Assembly: GCA_003130835.1 (NCBI GenBank)
Contig: QEXX01000089.1
Span: forward strand, 36,449 to 100,448
DNA length: 64,000 nucleotides
Source: Anaerolineae bacterium
GTDB taxonomy: Bacteria; Chloroflexota; Anaerolineae; Anaerolineales; UBA4823
Reading direction: 5' to 3'
Shown: in pieces, positions 38,807 to 48,715 of the stretch
Layout of the letters: each line of letters opens with the position of its first letter
Position numbering within the stretch: position 1 is the first letter of the stretch
The notes under the pieces: model-generated
The model's input: only the letters and a program-made list of their open reading frames with translations
Told to the model about the DNA's origin: nothing
Database searches by the model: none
Program-made: the position numbers and the translations under genes

Positions 38807-39955
38807 ATGATGACCAACGACACACCCTCCAAAACAACCCGAATTTGCCCAACGTGTGGTACCCGCCTCTCTGAACATGCTAACCGCTGTTTGGTATGCG
38901 GTACCGTCATAAACCCTCCCACCCCAGCAACATCTCCCGCGAAACCGATTCAAGGTTCTCGGATGCCGGAGATTACTCTTACCTTGCCGGCGGCTATTGG
39001 ATTTCTGGCTTTATTTTTAGCCATTGGAGCTGGGTTAGTTTATTTTGCCTTACAACAGAGCGGACAAGTTGCCGAACCGACCCTAACCCCAACGCTAACG
39101 ACAACGCCTACAGCAACCTTTACAGCCACCCCTTTGACTCCTACAGCTACAAATACTCCTGAACCCAGCCCGACACCCTTGAGTTACAGGGTAGCGGCAA
39201 ACGACACCTGTTCATCGATTGCCTTTGCTTTTGGTGTTTCAATTCAGAGCATAGTTTTACTGAACAACCTTCCGGCTACCTGTGACCCACTCTACGTAGG
39301 TCAAACTTTGTTGATTCCTCATCCAACGCCGACACCCACACCATTTCCAACCGCTACCCTCAGCCCCGCCGAAGCAACGGAGGCCGCTTGCACAAAGATC
39401 GAATATATCGTCCAAGATAACGATACCTTAAGTACAATTTCCGCTAACTATAACATTCCCATCGCTGTCTTAAAATCCTATAATGGGTTGGTCAATGACA
39501 TTGTCCGTTCTGGACAACCGCTGATCATCCCCCTTTGTGAGCGGCGCGGCACTCCTGGTCCAACCCCAACCAATACACCACCGCCACCCTATCCACCCCC
39601 GAGTTTACTCTTGCCACAAGACGGTGCGCCATTCACATTGGCGGATCAGACCATTACGCTACAATGGGCTTCTGTTGGAGCTTTAAGGGAGAATGAAGCC
39701 TACCAAGTAAACATTGTGGATGTTACAGACGGTGGTGAACGCAAAATCGTTGATTACGTCTTCGATACGAAGTATATTGTTCCAACCAGCTTTCGTCCGA
39801 GCGACACTAGACCACATGTGATCCGCTGGTGGGTGACCACAGTTCGTCAAATTGGCACGGATGAGAACGGCAACCCAATCTGGGAACCGGCCGGTGCCAA
39901 TAGCGAACCACGTGTGTTCACGTGGAGCGGCGTGCTCAGCACGCCGGCTCCATAA
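38807..39955 (+). CDS. Zinc-ribbon / TM / tandem LysM peptidoglycan-binding protein
   Basis: 382 aa. It has CPTCG...CLVCG, one TM helix, TP-rich linkers, two LysM motifs (YRVAANDTCSSIAFAF..., YIVQDNDTLSTISANY...) and a C-terminal beta-rich domain. Confidence 0.8.
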   Translation: MMTNDTPSKTTRICPTCGTRLSEHANRCLVCGTVINPPTPATSPAKPIQGSRMPEITLTLPAAIGFLALFLAIGAGLVYFALQQSGQVAEPTLTPTLTTTPTATFTATPLTPTATNTPEPSPTPLSYRVAANDTCSSIAFAFGVSIQSIVLLNNLPATCDPLYVGQTLLIPHPTPTPTPFPTATLSPAEATEAACTKIEYIVQDNDTLSTISANYNIPIAVLKSYNGLVNDIVRSGQPLIIPLCERRGTPGPTPTNTPPPPYPPPSLLLPQDGAPFTLADQTITLQWASVGALRENEAYQVNIVDVTDGGERKIVDYVFDTKYIVPTSFRPSDTRPHVIRWWVTTVRQIGTDENGNPIWEPAGANSEPRVFTWSGVLSTPAP

Positions 39956-39963
39956 CCTTTGCC

Positions 39964-41337
39964 TTAGCCACAGCCACGCTCGTGTGCATAGGCTTCGTGA
40001 AGTGGAATCGCAGTCCCACTTTGTTGCTCCGCTAGAGTCTCGAGCATCCGAGTAGTAACCGACTTCGGCCGTTCAATCGGTGCGCCAAGTGCCCTCGCCC
40101 AGATAGTATTAGCTGTCACACCTAAAATACGGCTCACTCCAAAAAGAACGGTGTAAAAACCACCCCGATCGTTCTCTTTACTATCCAAAACTCCAAAATA
40201 CCTTTGCAGGACTCCGCTGATCGCATCAACGTTTGGCCATGGATCTTTTGCCTTGCCCTGCTGAAGCAGCACTTCTGGGACGACTTCATAAACCAATTTT
40301 GCCAAACGGAACAAATCATAATCGGGCATAACTCTCTGACCGTACTCAAGCTGAGCTGTAAAGCGCGGATCGGTGATGCGCAAAATTGCATGCCCGTAGC
40401 CCGGAATGACCTTGCCAGCGTTGAGCGTCTGCCAAGCATACTCTGTTAATTGCTCTTTGGTGGGAAGCCCTTGATATTTTTGATAAACTTCTAAGAGCCA
40501 TTCCATCGCCTCTTGATTGGCGCGCCCATGTAATGGACCTGCCAGTCCGTTTAGCCCGGCAGAGACAGCGTAATACACATCTGAAAGCGTTGAGGAAACC
40601 AAATAGGTTGTATGTGCGCTAACATTCCCACTTTCGTGATCGGAATGGATAAGAAAATACAACCGAGCCAAGTCATAGTATTGTTTATTTTCGATTCCAA
40701 TCATATAGCCAAAATTGGCTGCCCAATCTAAATCTGGCTTTGGCTTTATGATTTGTCCATCTCGAAACTTGTAATTATAGATAAAAGCAGCAACTGCTGG
40801 GGCACGGGCGGTTAAGTCCAAAGCATCTTCTAAAGTAGGGATCCAATAATCCTCTTTTCGCAAGCCAAGATCATACTCCCGCGCAAAATGCGACTCCCGC
40901 TCCATTGCCAAGATCGCCAAAGAAAACAGGTTCATAGCACTGGTATCCTTTGGCATTGCCCGGATTACATCATAAACATATTCAGGCACGGTTTGTCTTT
41001 TCTTCCATTCTTCTTCGATTTCCATTCCCTCTTCATAGGTTGGCATTCGGCCAACTAACAATAGGTAATATAACCCTCCAAGAAAAGGCATCTCATTGCC
41101 TGGACGCTTTGGGAGCAGTTCGAGCAATTCGGGAATCGTATATCCTCTCAAACGGATGCCTTGGTTTGGGTCAACACAAGAAATGTCAGTCACGAGGGCT
41201 TTCACGTCCCGAATGCCGCCAAGGATTTGAGCAATGTTGATTTCCGCAACCTTGACTTTCCCATAGTCTGTGATCAAGCGTTTTAATCGTGCTCTCCACC
41301 CTGGCAGTTGTTCTTCGATTTGCTTTCTTAGGTTCAT
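39964..41337 (-). CDS. gltA: Citrate synthase, eukaryotic/mitochondrial-like type
   Basis: I chose ATG 41337 with SD GGAGAG; the longer ORF would overlap mdh. Motifs are HSDHESGNVSAHT, GLAGPLHGRANQE, PGYGHAILRITDPRF and KAKDPWPNVDAISG. Confidence 0.92.
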   Translation of the reverse strand: MNLRKQIEEQLPGWRARLKRLITDYGKVKVAEINIAQILGGIRDVKALVTDISCVDPNQGIRLRGYTIPELLELLPKRPGNEMPFLGGLYYLLLVGRMPTYEEGMEIEEEWKKRQTVPEYVYDVIRAMPKDTSAMNLFSLAILAMERESHFAREYDLGLRKEDYWIPTLEDALDLTARAPAVAAFIYNYKFRDGQIIKPKPDLDWAANFGYMIGIENKQYYDLARLYFLIHSDHESGNVSAHTTYLVSSTLSDVYYAVSAGLNGLAGPLHGRANQEAMEWLLEVYQKYQGLPTKEQLTEYAWQTLNAGKVIPGYGHAILRITDPRFTAQLEYGQRVMPDYDLFRLAKLVYEVVPEVLLQQGKAKDPWPNVDAISGVLQRYFGVLDSKENDRGGFYTVLFGVSRILGVTANTIWARALGAPIERPKSVTTRMLETLAEQQSGTAIPLHEAYAHERGCG

Positions 41338-41362
41338 GTTCTCTCCAAAACTCAGTTTCTTG

Positions 41363-42289
41363 TTAGAGGTTAAGTTTTGCAATGTTCTCGGCAACATTGG
41401 CTGCAGATTTTCGCAAAGCCGCTTGCTCGTTTTCGGTCAGAGGATATTCCAGAATTTTTTCAACACCGTTTCTTCCAATTTGTGCAGGAACACCAAAGTA
41501 GATCCCACTAAGCCCGTATTCACCTTGTAGATAGGCAGAGAGCGGAGCAATCAGATGTTTATCCCTCAGCACCGCTTCAACCATTTTCGCTACAGCCACA
41601 CCCGGCGCATAAAACGCGCTGCCCATCTTCAATAAACTGACAATCTCACCACCGCCTTTACGTGTTCTCTCGACAATGGCTGCAAGCTTATCCGCAGGGA
41701 TCATATGGTCAAGTGGCACACCAGCCACATTGGAAATATGGACAAGGGGTACCATCTCATCCCCGTGTCCGCCCAAAACATAGCAATGCACATTCTCTAC
41801 ACTAACCCCTAATTCCTCTGCTACGAAAGTTGCCATTCGCGTCGAATCTAAAATGCCCGCCTGACCAAAAACTCTTGCAGCGGGTAAACCGGTCACCTTC
41901 CAAGTGAGATAGGTCATGACATCCAATGGATTGGTTAGGATGATATAAATTGCCTGCGGAGAATACTGGAGGGTATTGATAGCCGCTTGACGGACAATTT
42001 CGGCATTGGCCATCAAGAGGTCGTCCCGGCTCATGCCAGGCTTCCGAGGCAAACCAGCTGTGATCACGATCACATCAGAATTGGCTGTCAACGCATAATC
42101 CGTTCCACCCTGAATTTTGACATCCTTTCCCAATACTGGCATTGCCTGTTGTAAGTCCAAGGCTTTGCCTTGTGCTAGTCCTTCTACCACATCTATCAAC
42201 ACAATGTCGGCAATTTCAAGTTGTGCCAGCCAATGCGCGGTGGTAGCTCCGGTCATTCCCGCCCCAATGATCGATACCTTTGATCTCAT
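41363..42289 (-). CDS. mdh: Malate dehydrogenase (LDH-like, NAD-dependent)
   Basis: 308 aa with KVSIIGAGMTGATTA, ITAGLPRKPGMSRDDL and GGHGDEMVP. Confidence 0.93.
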   Translation of the reverse strand: MRSKVSIIGAGMTGATTAHWLAQLEIADIVLIDVVEGLAQGKALDLQQAMPVLGKDVKIQGGTDYALTANSDVIVITAGLPRKPGMSRDDLLMANAEIVRQAAINTLQYSPQAIYIILTNPLDVMTYLTWKVTGLPAARVFGQAGILDSTRMATFVAEELGVSVENVHCYVLGGHGDEMVPLVHISNVAGVPLDHMIPADKLAAIVERTRKGGGEIVSLLKMGSAFYAPGVAVAKMVEAVLRDKHLIAPLSAYLQGEYGLSGIYFGVPAQIGRNGVEKILEYPLTENEQAALRKSAANVAENIAKLNL

Positions 42290-42300
42290 CTTTCCTCCTC

Positions 42301-43293
42301 TCAGGCTTTGACCTTCTCGGCCATTTGTTCCTGTAGATAATGTACTGCGCGCATTGCTGCTGCTGCGCCCATCCCCGCAGACGTTATCACCTGGCGAAAA
42401 TGCGGATCGGCTGCTTCACCCGCTGCGAATACGCCCGGAATGTTGGTTTGCATTAACGAATCGATGACCAAGTAGCGCCCTGCATCCATTTCCAATTGCC
42501 CCTCAAACAGCTGTGTATTGGGCGAATGTCCTATAAAGATGAAAACACCATCGGTATCCCTTAACCACTCTTCGCCGGTCTGCACGTTTTTCAATCGGAC
42601 TTGCTTTACACTCTCGTCACCGATGATTTCCGTTACGATTGTGTTGTAAAGAAACGAAATCTTCGGATTTTCCATCGCCCGTTTTTGTAAAATAGCACCT
42701 GCGCGCAGGGTATCTCGCCGATGAACAATCGTAACCTGACTAGCGTAGCGGGTAAGGAAAATACTTTCTTCGAGAGCGGAATCTCCGCCGCCCACGACAA
42801 TGACATCTTTATCCTTAAAGAACCAGCCGTCACAGGTGGCACAGTACGAGACACCCTTCCCCGTCAGTTCTTTTTCACCCGCAACATTGAGATGATTGGG
42901 AGTCGCACCCGTTGCAACAATCAAAGTATCTGCAAGATACGTTTTGGAATAAGCCTTCACCACGAAAGGCCGCTCTGATAAGTTGACCTCAGTGGCGAGA
43001 TCGAATTCAATTCTTGCCCCAAAGCGTTCAGCTTGCTTTTGAAACAGCTCTACTAACTCTTGTCCGCCAATGCCATCGGGAAAACCAGGATAATTTTCGA
43101 CAGTATAAGTTAAGGAGACCTGCCCCCCAAACTCAATACCGGCTAGAACAACCGGGTTCGTATCCGCCCGAGCAGCATAGAGAGCTGCAGTCAACCCTGC
43201 CGGACCAGAGCCTAGAATTAAGACTTTTACTCGTTCGATTTTTGAATCCTCTGCTGAAGAGCTATGTGGAAGACCACTCAAGCTAATTTTCAT
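42301..43293 (-). CDS. trxB: Thioredoxin-disulfide reductase
   Basis: 330 aa with GSGPAG, the redox-active CATCDG, and the [14 protein letters not shown]-binding motif. Confidence 0.92.
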   Translation of the reverse strand: MKISLSGLPHSSSAEDSKIERVKVLILGSGPAGLTAALYAARADTNPVVLAGIEFGGQVSLTYTVENYPGFPDGIGGQELVELFQKQAERFGARIEFDLATEVNLSERPFVVKAYSKTYLADTLIVATGATPNHLNVAGEKELTGKGVSYCATCDGWFFKDKDVIVVGGGDSALEESIFLTRYASQVTIVHRRDTLRAGAILQKRAMENPKISFLYNTIVTEIIGDESVKQVRLKNVQTGEEWLRDTDGVFIFIGHSPNTQLFEGQLEMDAGRYLVIDSLMQTNIPGVFAAGEAADPHFRQVITSAGMGAAAAMRAVHYLQEQMAEKVKA

Positions 43294-43483
43294 GCTCGTT
43301 CCCTTTCTCGTAAAGTGGATTTTTGCACAAAGTTAGATGCGTTTTTGACGATAATTGTTACAATTTTATGACAACCACTCTCTTATTATACCTTTCAGGT
43401 TTACCGTTTTGAAAGTTTCAAACCGCACCTTTTATGGTATGTTAATACAAAAATCGAGCTTATTTCAATCAGGCAAAAGGTTT

Positions 43484-46210
43484 ATGGTCACCACAAAACT
43501 GCCTTCCAATCGCCCCTGGTTTCGAATTCTCTCACCCCCAATGGAGGAGAGATATCGGAATGCTGAACGAGAATTCACTCTCTCGTTGGTCAATATTGAC
43601 AACTTTCTCGATTTGTATCGATTGTTGGAAACCACCCTAGGTGAGACGGTTAACCCACAATTTTTCTACCTGTTCCTATACAAAAGTGACTCAAATCATT
43701 ACAGGCTATTTTCATCCAATCATCCTGCATCAGAAGAAATCACCTTCCCCGAAAACTCCCCATTTGTTGACCTACTAAAGAAAAAGGGCAAAGCCATTGC
43801 GTTATTTGCTGATGAGACTCTCCCTAAATTATCTCAGAATGATCGTGCCAAATTGACTCTTTTAGAAGTCAATGTCTGTTATCCATTTTTATACCAGAAC
43901 CAGTTAACTGGCTTTCTTGGTTTAGGTGCACCGACTCAAAAACTTAAGTATGGTCGCCAGGCGCATGAATTTGTCGAAGAGCTTTGCCGAATAGCAGCCT
44001 TTTCAATTTATCACTTACTTAAACGGGAGGAAGTCGAACAACAAATTCAACAAATGCAAATTATTAATCGTCTAGCGCAAGGAATCAATGTCACCTTGCA
44101 CTTCGATGATTTGCTGGAATTGATCTTTGCCCAAACCGAAAACATCATACCTCTAACCGATTATTGGTTATCGACTTATAATCCTATTGGACAGCTCTTC
44201 TCCTTTGCGTTTGTCATTGAAGACCAAGAACGTCGTTTCGACCAGGAAAATATCCCTCTTGACCTAAATGAGTACTTAGAAAAAGTTGTCCTTCAAAAAG
44301 CAAAACCTCTACAAACGGACGACTACACTCAAACGGCGCGCTTGCATGGAATACCGCCGAAATTTCCTTATCTCCAGTCGTGGATGTGTGTCCCATTGCT
44401 CTCAGGTAAAGAAACCCTAGGGACAATCAGTATTGGTCATCGTTCGATCGGCATCACTTATTCAAAGAAACAGCTTCAAATCTTACAGGCAATTGCCGAC
44501 CAAACCGCCGCAGCCCTGATCAAAACGAAGCTTTTGCAAGCCACCCAAATTCAAGCGCAGAGGATGACGGTCTTGAACGAAATTGGACGCAGATTAACCG
44601 CCTCCCTCGAGTTGGATAAGATTCTAGATGTGGTGCAAAAACAAGGGCAGCAGCTCATTCCTTGTGACGAATGGTTGGCAATGATTGTCGATGAGGCAAG
44701 TGGAGACTATTTATCACCAACCCCCAATGGCTTACAAAAAGTTTACCTTGACTCACAAACCCTACAAGTCATTCAAAAAGCCACCCAACTCGGACAACCT
44801 CTGATTGAGAACGTAACCGTAAATACGCAAGATGAAACGATAAAACAGCTCTTAATCAATCCACTCTATATAGAAAAGCGCCTAATGGGTTTACTCTTGT
44901 TGAGTCGCTCCCTAAAAAATCAACCTTTTCTTCAAGACGATCTAGACCTTATCGCTACTCTTGGTCATCAAGTCTCTATTGCCCTCGCCAATGCGCTAAA
45001 GTATGCTCAAACCGATCAGGCACTTCAATCCAAATTAAGTGAATTAGCCATCCTACAACAAATCGATCGTGAACTAAATGCCAGTTTAGACATCGAACGG
45101 ACTCTCAGCATCACCTTGCAACACGCACTCCGTCAATCGCAAGCCGACGCAGGAGTCATCGGTCTAATCAAAGAAAATCATTTCTACATCGTTCATTCAG
45201 TTGGTTATCCAGCCAATCTGTCCCCCATGCTTCCGATTGAAGCGTTATCGTTTGATACATCGTTTCTCGATGCCCAAGTGCATCGGAAAAGTACATTTTT
45301 TGAAAATGGAGAAAGCACCGCATTCTTCCCATTGGTTAGAGAGAAACGCGTCCTCGCGCTTTTGATCTTAGAAAGTCAGCAACCCGATTTTTGCCCCGCA
45401 GACATCCAATCTTTTATCGTCCGTCTATGCTCACACGCAGCCATTGCAGTGTCCAATGCCATCTTGTATTCAGAAGTGCAACAAGCTAACCATGCTAAAA
45501 GCGAATTTGTCTCTCTGGTCTCGCATGAACTTAAGACGCCGATGACAGCAATCAAGGGATATGCTGACCTTATCGCTCAAGGTGCTGTTGGACCGATCAA
45601 CGAAGTACAAGCAAATTTCCTGTCAACGATCCGCGCGAACGTCAACCGGATGGCAAATCTTGTTTCAGATTTAGCCGACATCTCCCGGATTGAAGCGGGT
45701 AAATTACATCTGGAGTTCGAAGCTACTTCAATCCAAGAGGTGCTCCAAGAAGTCATTCGCACAGTCTCTACCCAGCTTGAAGAGAAAAAACAACAGATCA
45801 TCTTGAATCTGGCTACGGACTTACCTCTGGTCTGGTGTGACCGTAATCGATTAATCCAAATTTACAACAACCTCATCAGCAATGCGATTAAGTACTCACC
45901 CCCTGAAACACTAATTGAAGTCAAATGCTACGAAACAACTAACCCGCAAGAAGGACGATTGCAACAACGTGTCGTCTTATCCTCCGTGCGCGATCAAGGA
46001 GTGGGAATCTCAGCCGAAGACCAACAAAAAATTTTCCAAAAATTCTTTCGCTCCGATGACCCGAAAGTGCGTGAAAACCCCGGCACAGGTCTGGGTCTCA
46101 ATATCACAAAATATCTCGTTGAAATTCAAGGAGGACAGATCTGGTTTGAAAGCCAATTAGGGGTTGGAAGCACTTTTTATTTCACCATCCCGGTTGCTTC
46201 TGCAGACTAA
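43484..46210 (+). CDS. Cytoplasmic multi-GAF sensor histidine kinase
   Basis: The ORF is open from 43355. I prefer ATG 43484, but the start is uncertain. Several GAF-like modules are followed by HisKA (FVSLVSHELKTPMTAIKGY) and HATPase_c (N-box NLISNAIKYS, G-boxes DQGVGI and GTGLGL). There are no TM segments. Confidence 0.85.
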   Translation: MVTTKLPSNRPWFRILSPPMEERYRNAEREFTLSLVNIDNFLDLYRLLETTLGETVNPQFFYLFLYKSDSNHYRLFSSNHPASEEITFPENSPFVDLLKKKGKAIALFADETLPKLSQNDRAKLTLLEVNVCYPFLYQNQLTGFLGLGAPTQKLKYGRQAHEFVEELCRIAAFSIYHLLKREEVEQQIQQMQIINRLAQGINVTLHFDDLLELIFAQTENIIPLTDYWLSTYNPIGQLFSFAFVIEDQERRFDQENIPLDLNEYLEKVVLQKAKPLQTDDYTQTARLHGIPPKFPYLQSWMCVPLLSGKETLGTISIGHRSIGITYSKKQLQILQAIADQTAAALIKTKLLQATQIQAQRMTVLNEIGRRLTASLELDKILDVVQKQGQQLIPCDEWLAMIVDEASGDYLSPTPNGLQKVYLDSQTLQVIQKATQLGQPLIENVTVNTQDETIKQLLINPLYIEKRLMGLLLLSRSLKNQPFLQDDLDLIATLGHQVSIALANALKYAQTDQALQSKLSELAILQQIDRELNASLDIERTLSITLQHALRQSQADAGVIGLIKENHFYIVHSVGYPANLSPMLPIEALSFDTSFLDAQVHRKSTFFENGESTAFFPLVREKRVLALLILESQQPDFCPADIQSFIVRLCSHAAIAVSNAILYSEVQQANHAKSEFVSLVSHELKTPMTAIKGYADLIAQGAVGPINEVQANFLSTIRANVNRMANLVSDLADISRIEAGKLHLEFEATSIQEVLQEVIRTVSTQLEEKKQQIILNLATDLPLVWCDRNRLIQIYNNLISNAIKYSPPETLIEVKCYETTNPQEGRLQQRVVLSSVRDQGVGISAEDQQKIFQKFFRSDDPKVRENPGTGLGLNITKYLVEIQGGQIWFESQLGVGSTFYFTIPVASAD

Positions 46211-46248
46211 CGGCTCTTTTCGATTTCCAACCTATATCGTTATATTTG

Positions 46249-46286
46249 GAGCAGGTTCAAGAACCTTTGCCTTCTTGAACCTGCTC
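46249..46286. terminator. Bidirectional terminator hairpin between the kinase gene and trpB2
   Basis: A perfect 15-bp stem, gagcaggttcaagaa/ttcttgaacctgctc, with an 8-nt loop and T-rich flanks. Confidence 0.6.
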
Positions 46287-46309
46287 TTGATTTATAGGAT
46301 TTGCAACGT

Positions 46310-47683
46310 TTATGCAGTAAGTTGAACCTTTGGTAAATGTTCCATTGCCTTCCGGACTTCTTCCTCTGGGTAGCTATAATCCTCAAGCTTACCCTCTAAA
46401 TAGGCTTGGTAAGCAGACATATCGAAATTGCCATGCCCAGAGAGGTTGAATAAGATAACCCGTTTTTCCCCTTTCTCTTTGGCATCAAGGGCTTCATCGA
46501 TCGCCGCACGGATTGCATGTGCGCTTTCCGGCGCAGGAATAATCCCTTCAGCGCGAGCGAATTGTAAAGCTGCCTCAAAGGTCGCTAATTGTTTGACCGC
46601 GACAGCTTCAATGTATCCAGCATCATAAAGTGCACTGACCGTAGGAGCCATACCATGGTAGCGAAGGCCGCCAGCGTGAATCGGCGCAGGCATAAAGGTA
46701 TGTCCGAGCGTATGCATCTTGACAATCGGCGCCATCCGTGCCGTATCGCCATAATCAAAGGTGTAAACGCCCTTTGTCAAAGAAGGTGTTGCAGCCGGTT
46801 CTACAGCGATAATGCGGGTTTTCATCCCTTCCAACAAGTTCTGGCGCAGGAATGGGAAAGCAATCCCAGCGAAGTTGGATCCCCCACCAACACAACCAAT
46901 CACGACATCTGGATACTCGCCCGCTAGATCCATCTGCTTCAAGGCTTCTTCGCCGATCACTGTCTGATGGAGTAAAACATGATTTAAGACACTTCCTAAA
47001 CTATACTTCTTCTTACCACCAGAGGTAGCTGCAACCTCCACCGCTTCCGAGATTGCAATCCCCAAAGAACCATTTGAGTTGGGGTCCTTCTCCAATATGG
47101 AGCGCCCAAATTGGGTTTGATCGGTCGGCGAAGCATAGACTTTCGCGCCATAGGTCTCCATCATAATACGTCGATATGGCTTTTGATAGTAGGAAACCTT
47201 CACCATATAAACTTCTAGGTCGAGATCGAAAAAGTTGCAAGCTAAAGCTAAGGCAGAGCCCCACTGCCCAGCACCCGTCTCGGTGGTCAAGGCATGAGTA
47301 CCGGCGATTTTGTTGTAATAGGCTTGTGCAATTGCCGTATTGGGCTTGTGGCTTCCGGCTGGGGAAGCTCCCTCGTATTTATAGTAAATATGAGCAGGGG
47401 TTTGGAGCATCCTTTCCAAACGTCGTGCCCGAATTAGAGGCGTCGGACGATAGAGCTTATAAATCTCGCGCACCTCTTCCGGGATTTCGATATACCTTTC
47501 TGTACTTACTTCTTGAAGAATCAATTCCATCGGGAAAAGCACAGACAAGAAATCCGGAGTGACGGGCTCTAAGGTTTGCGGGTGTAAGACTGGCGCAGGA
47601 GCGACCGGCATATCGGCATTGATGTTATACCAATATTTCGGTAGATCACTCTCATTGAGTAGAAAACGGGTTTGTTCAGACAT
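46310..47683 (-). CDS. trpB: Tryptophan synthase beta chain, TrpB2 (long, stand-alone) type
   Basis: I chose ATG 47683 with SD AAGGAGG (MSEQTRFLL...). The PLP lysine lies in GSHKPNTA. There is a long N-terminal extension and no trpA neighbour. Confidence 0.9.
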   Translation of the reverse strand: MSEQTRFLLNESDLPKYWYNINADMPVAPAPVLHPQTLEPVTPDFLSVLFPMELILQEVSTERYIEIPEEVREIYKLYRPTPLIRARRLERMLQTPAHIYYKYEGASPAGSHKPNTAIAQAYYNKIAGTHALTTETGAGQWGSALALACNFFDLDLEVYMVKVSYYQKPYRRIMMETYGAKVYASPTDQTQFGRSILEKDPNSNGSLGIAISEAVEVAATSGGKKKYSLGSVLNHVLLHQTVIGEEALKQMDLAGEYPDVVIGCVGGGSNFAGIAFPFLRQNLLEGMKTRIIAVEPAATPSLTKGVYTFDYGDTARMAPIVKMHTLGHTFMPAPIHAGGLRYHGMAPTVSALYDAGYIEAVAVKQLATFEAALQFARAEGIIPAPESAHAIRAAIDEALDAKEKGEKRVILFNLSGHGNFDMSAYQAYLEGKLEDYSYPEEEVRKAMEHLPKVQLTA

Positions 47684-47720
47684 TTTCAGCCTCCTTCTCA
47701 AAAGTTTATTGGATGATTGA

Positions 47721-48035
47721 AAAATAAAAAACGCGCTCGTCCCAAGTTGGGGACGAACGCGCTGTCCGCGGTGCCACCCCAGTTAGGCAGCCATTAATGA
47801 AAAATCCCGTTGGTGTTGCAACGGGAAATAGGCCAGCCTCACTCATTAACGGGTACAGGTATGAAATAACCGATACCCTTTCCCATGATAACGGCGGTTG
47901 CGCCGGCCTTGGCTACTCGGGATTTCCTTTCACCTAGCACTCAGAGGACCATTCAGCTTCTTCGTGCTTACAAGGATTCCACCTTCCCTTGCTCTCTGAA
48001 AAGCCGTAAGTAGCTTACTTTTCCTCTTCAGCGTT
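47721..48035 (-). promoter_or_regulatory. T-box riboswitch leader (tRNA-Trp specifier UGG) with intrinsic terminator
   Basis: Minus-strand elements in canonical order:
- Stem I base helix AGAGGA/UCCUCU flanked by GA (K-turn) motifs.
- AG-bay AGAGAGC.
- Distal loop GGUGGAA.
- Specifier context GAA-UGG (UGG at 47951-47949).
- AGUA box GAGUAGCC.
- F-box CCGUUA.
- T-box AACUGGGGUGGCACCGCGG (47784-47766).
- A 12-bp terminator stem (47762-47732) followed by UUUUUUAUUUU. Confidence 0.8.
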
Positions 48036-48056
48036 TTTTTAGCTAAATTGTGCGAG

Positions 48057-48084
48057 ATTATACCCAGTTTTGTCTTTCTGTCAA
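48057..48084 (-). promoter_or_regulatory. Consensus sigma-70-type promoter for the T-box/trpB2 transcript
   Basis: On the minus strand: TTGACA (48084-48079), a 16-nt spacer, then TATAAT (48062-48057). This is the same hexamers and spacing as the tRNA-Leu promoter. Confidence 0.55.
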
Positions 48085-48214
48085 GGAAAATTGGATAATT
48101 GTGTTATTGTTCAGCGAATTTGATAGGAAAAAATTTTTTGAACTTCACGACACGCAACATTTTCCAAAAAAGCTAGTTTCAACAACGAAATATCGTTCAG
48201 ACAAAAGGTCTAGT

Positions 48215-48715
48215 TCAAAGCCCTTGCCTGATGTAGTCAATAAACTCAAAGGCATAAGCATGTTTTTCATCGGCTGGATGATAACATCGAAATACAATCT
48301 GCCACTCACGTTCCTCCCAGGGCGGGAAAAAAGTGTCGGCTTCTACCACCGTTAGCACTCTCGTAACATAGAGTTTCTGGACAAGAGGCAGTGCTGCACG
48401 AAAAACTTCTGCCCCACCGGCAATGAAAACCTCATTTTCTCCCGCTACCCGGCAGATCGTCAGCGCCTTCTCCAAACTATCGGCCCACACAACTTCCTGC
48501 GCAAGGGCAGCATGCTGGCTTCTGGAAAGGACAATCATGCGACGCCCAACCAAAGGTCGCCCGATTGACTCAAAGGTTTTGCGTCCTACGATAATATGAT
48601 GCCCCATCGTCAATTGTTTGAAGCGCTTCAAGTCATCGGGTAAATACCAGGGCACTCGATTGCGCCATCCAATTCCCTCCCGCTCATCCATGGCAACAAG
48701 GATCGAAAGCTTCAA
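48215..48715 (-). CDS. folA: Dihydrofolate reductase
   Basis: 166 aa with [31 protein letters not shown] and [10 protein letters not shown]. It overlaps thyA by 4 nt. Confidence 0.92.
   Translation of the reverse strand: MKLSILVAMDEREGIGWRNRVPWYLPDDLKRFKQLTMGHHIIVGRKTFESIGRPLVGRRMIVLSRSQHAALAQEVVWADSLEKALTICRVAGENEVFIAGGAEVFRAALPLVQKLYVTRVLTVVEADTFFPPWEEREWQIVFRCYHPADEKHAYAFEFIDYIRQGL

Noticed and set aside
48050-48355. 101-aa plus-strand ORF
   Set aside because: It starts in the T-box promoter region and runs antisense into folA. It has no SD and an AT-rich, Lys/Phe-biased sequence.
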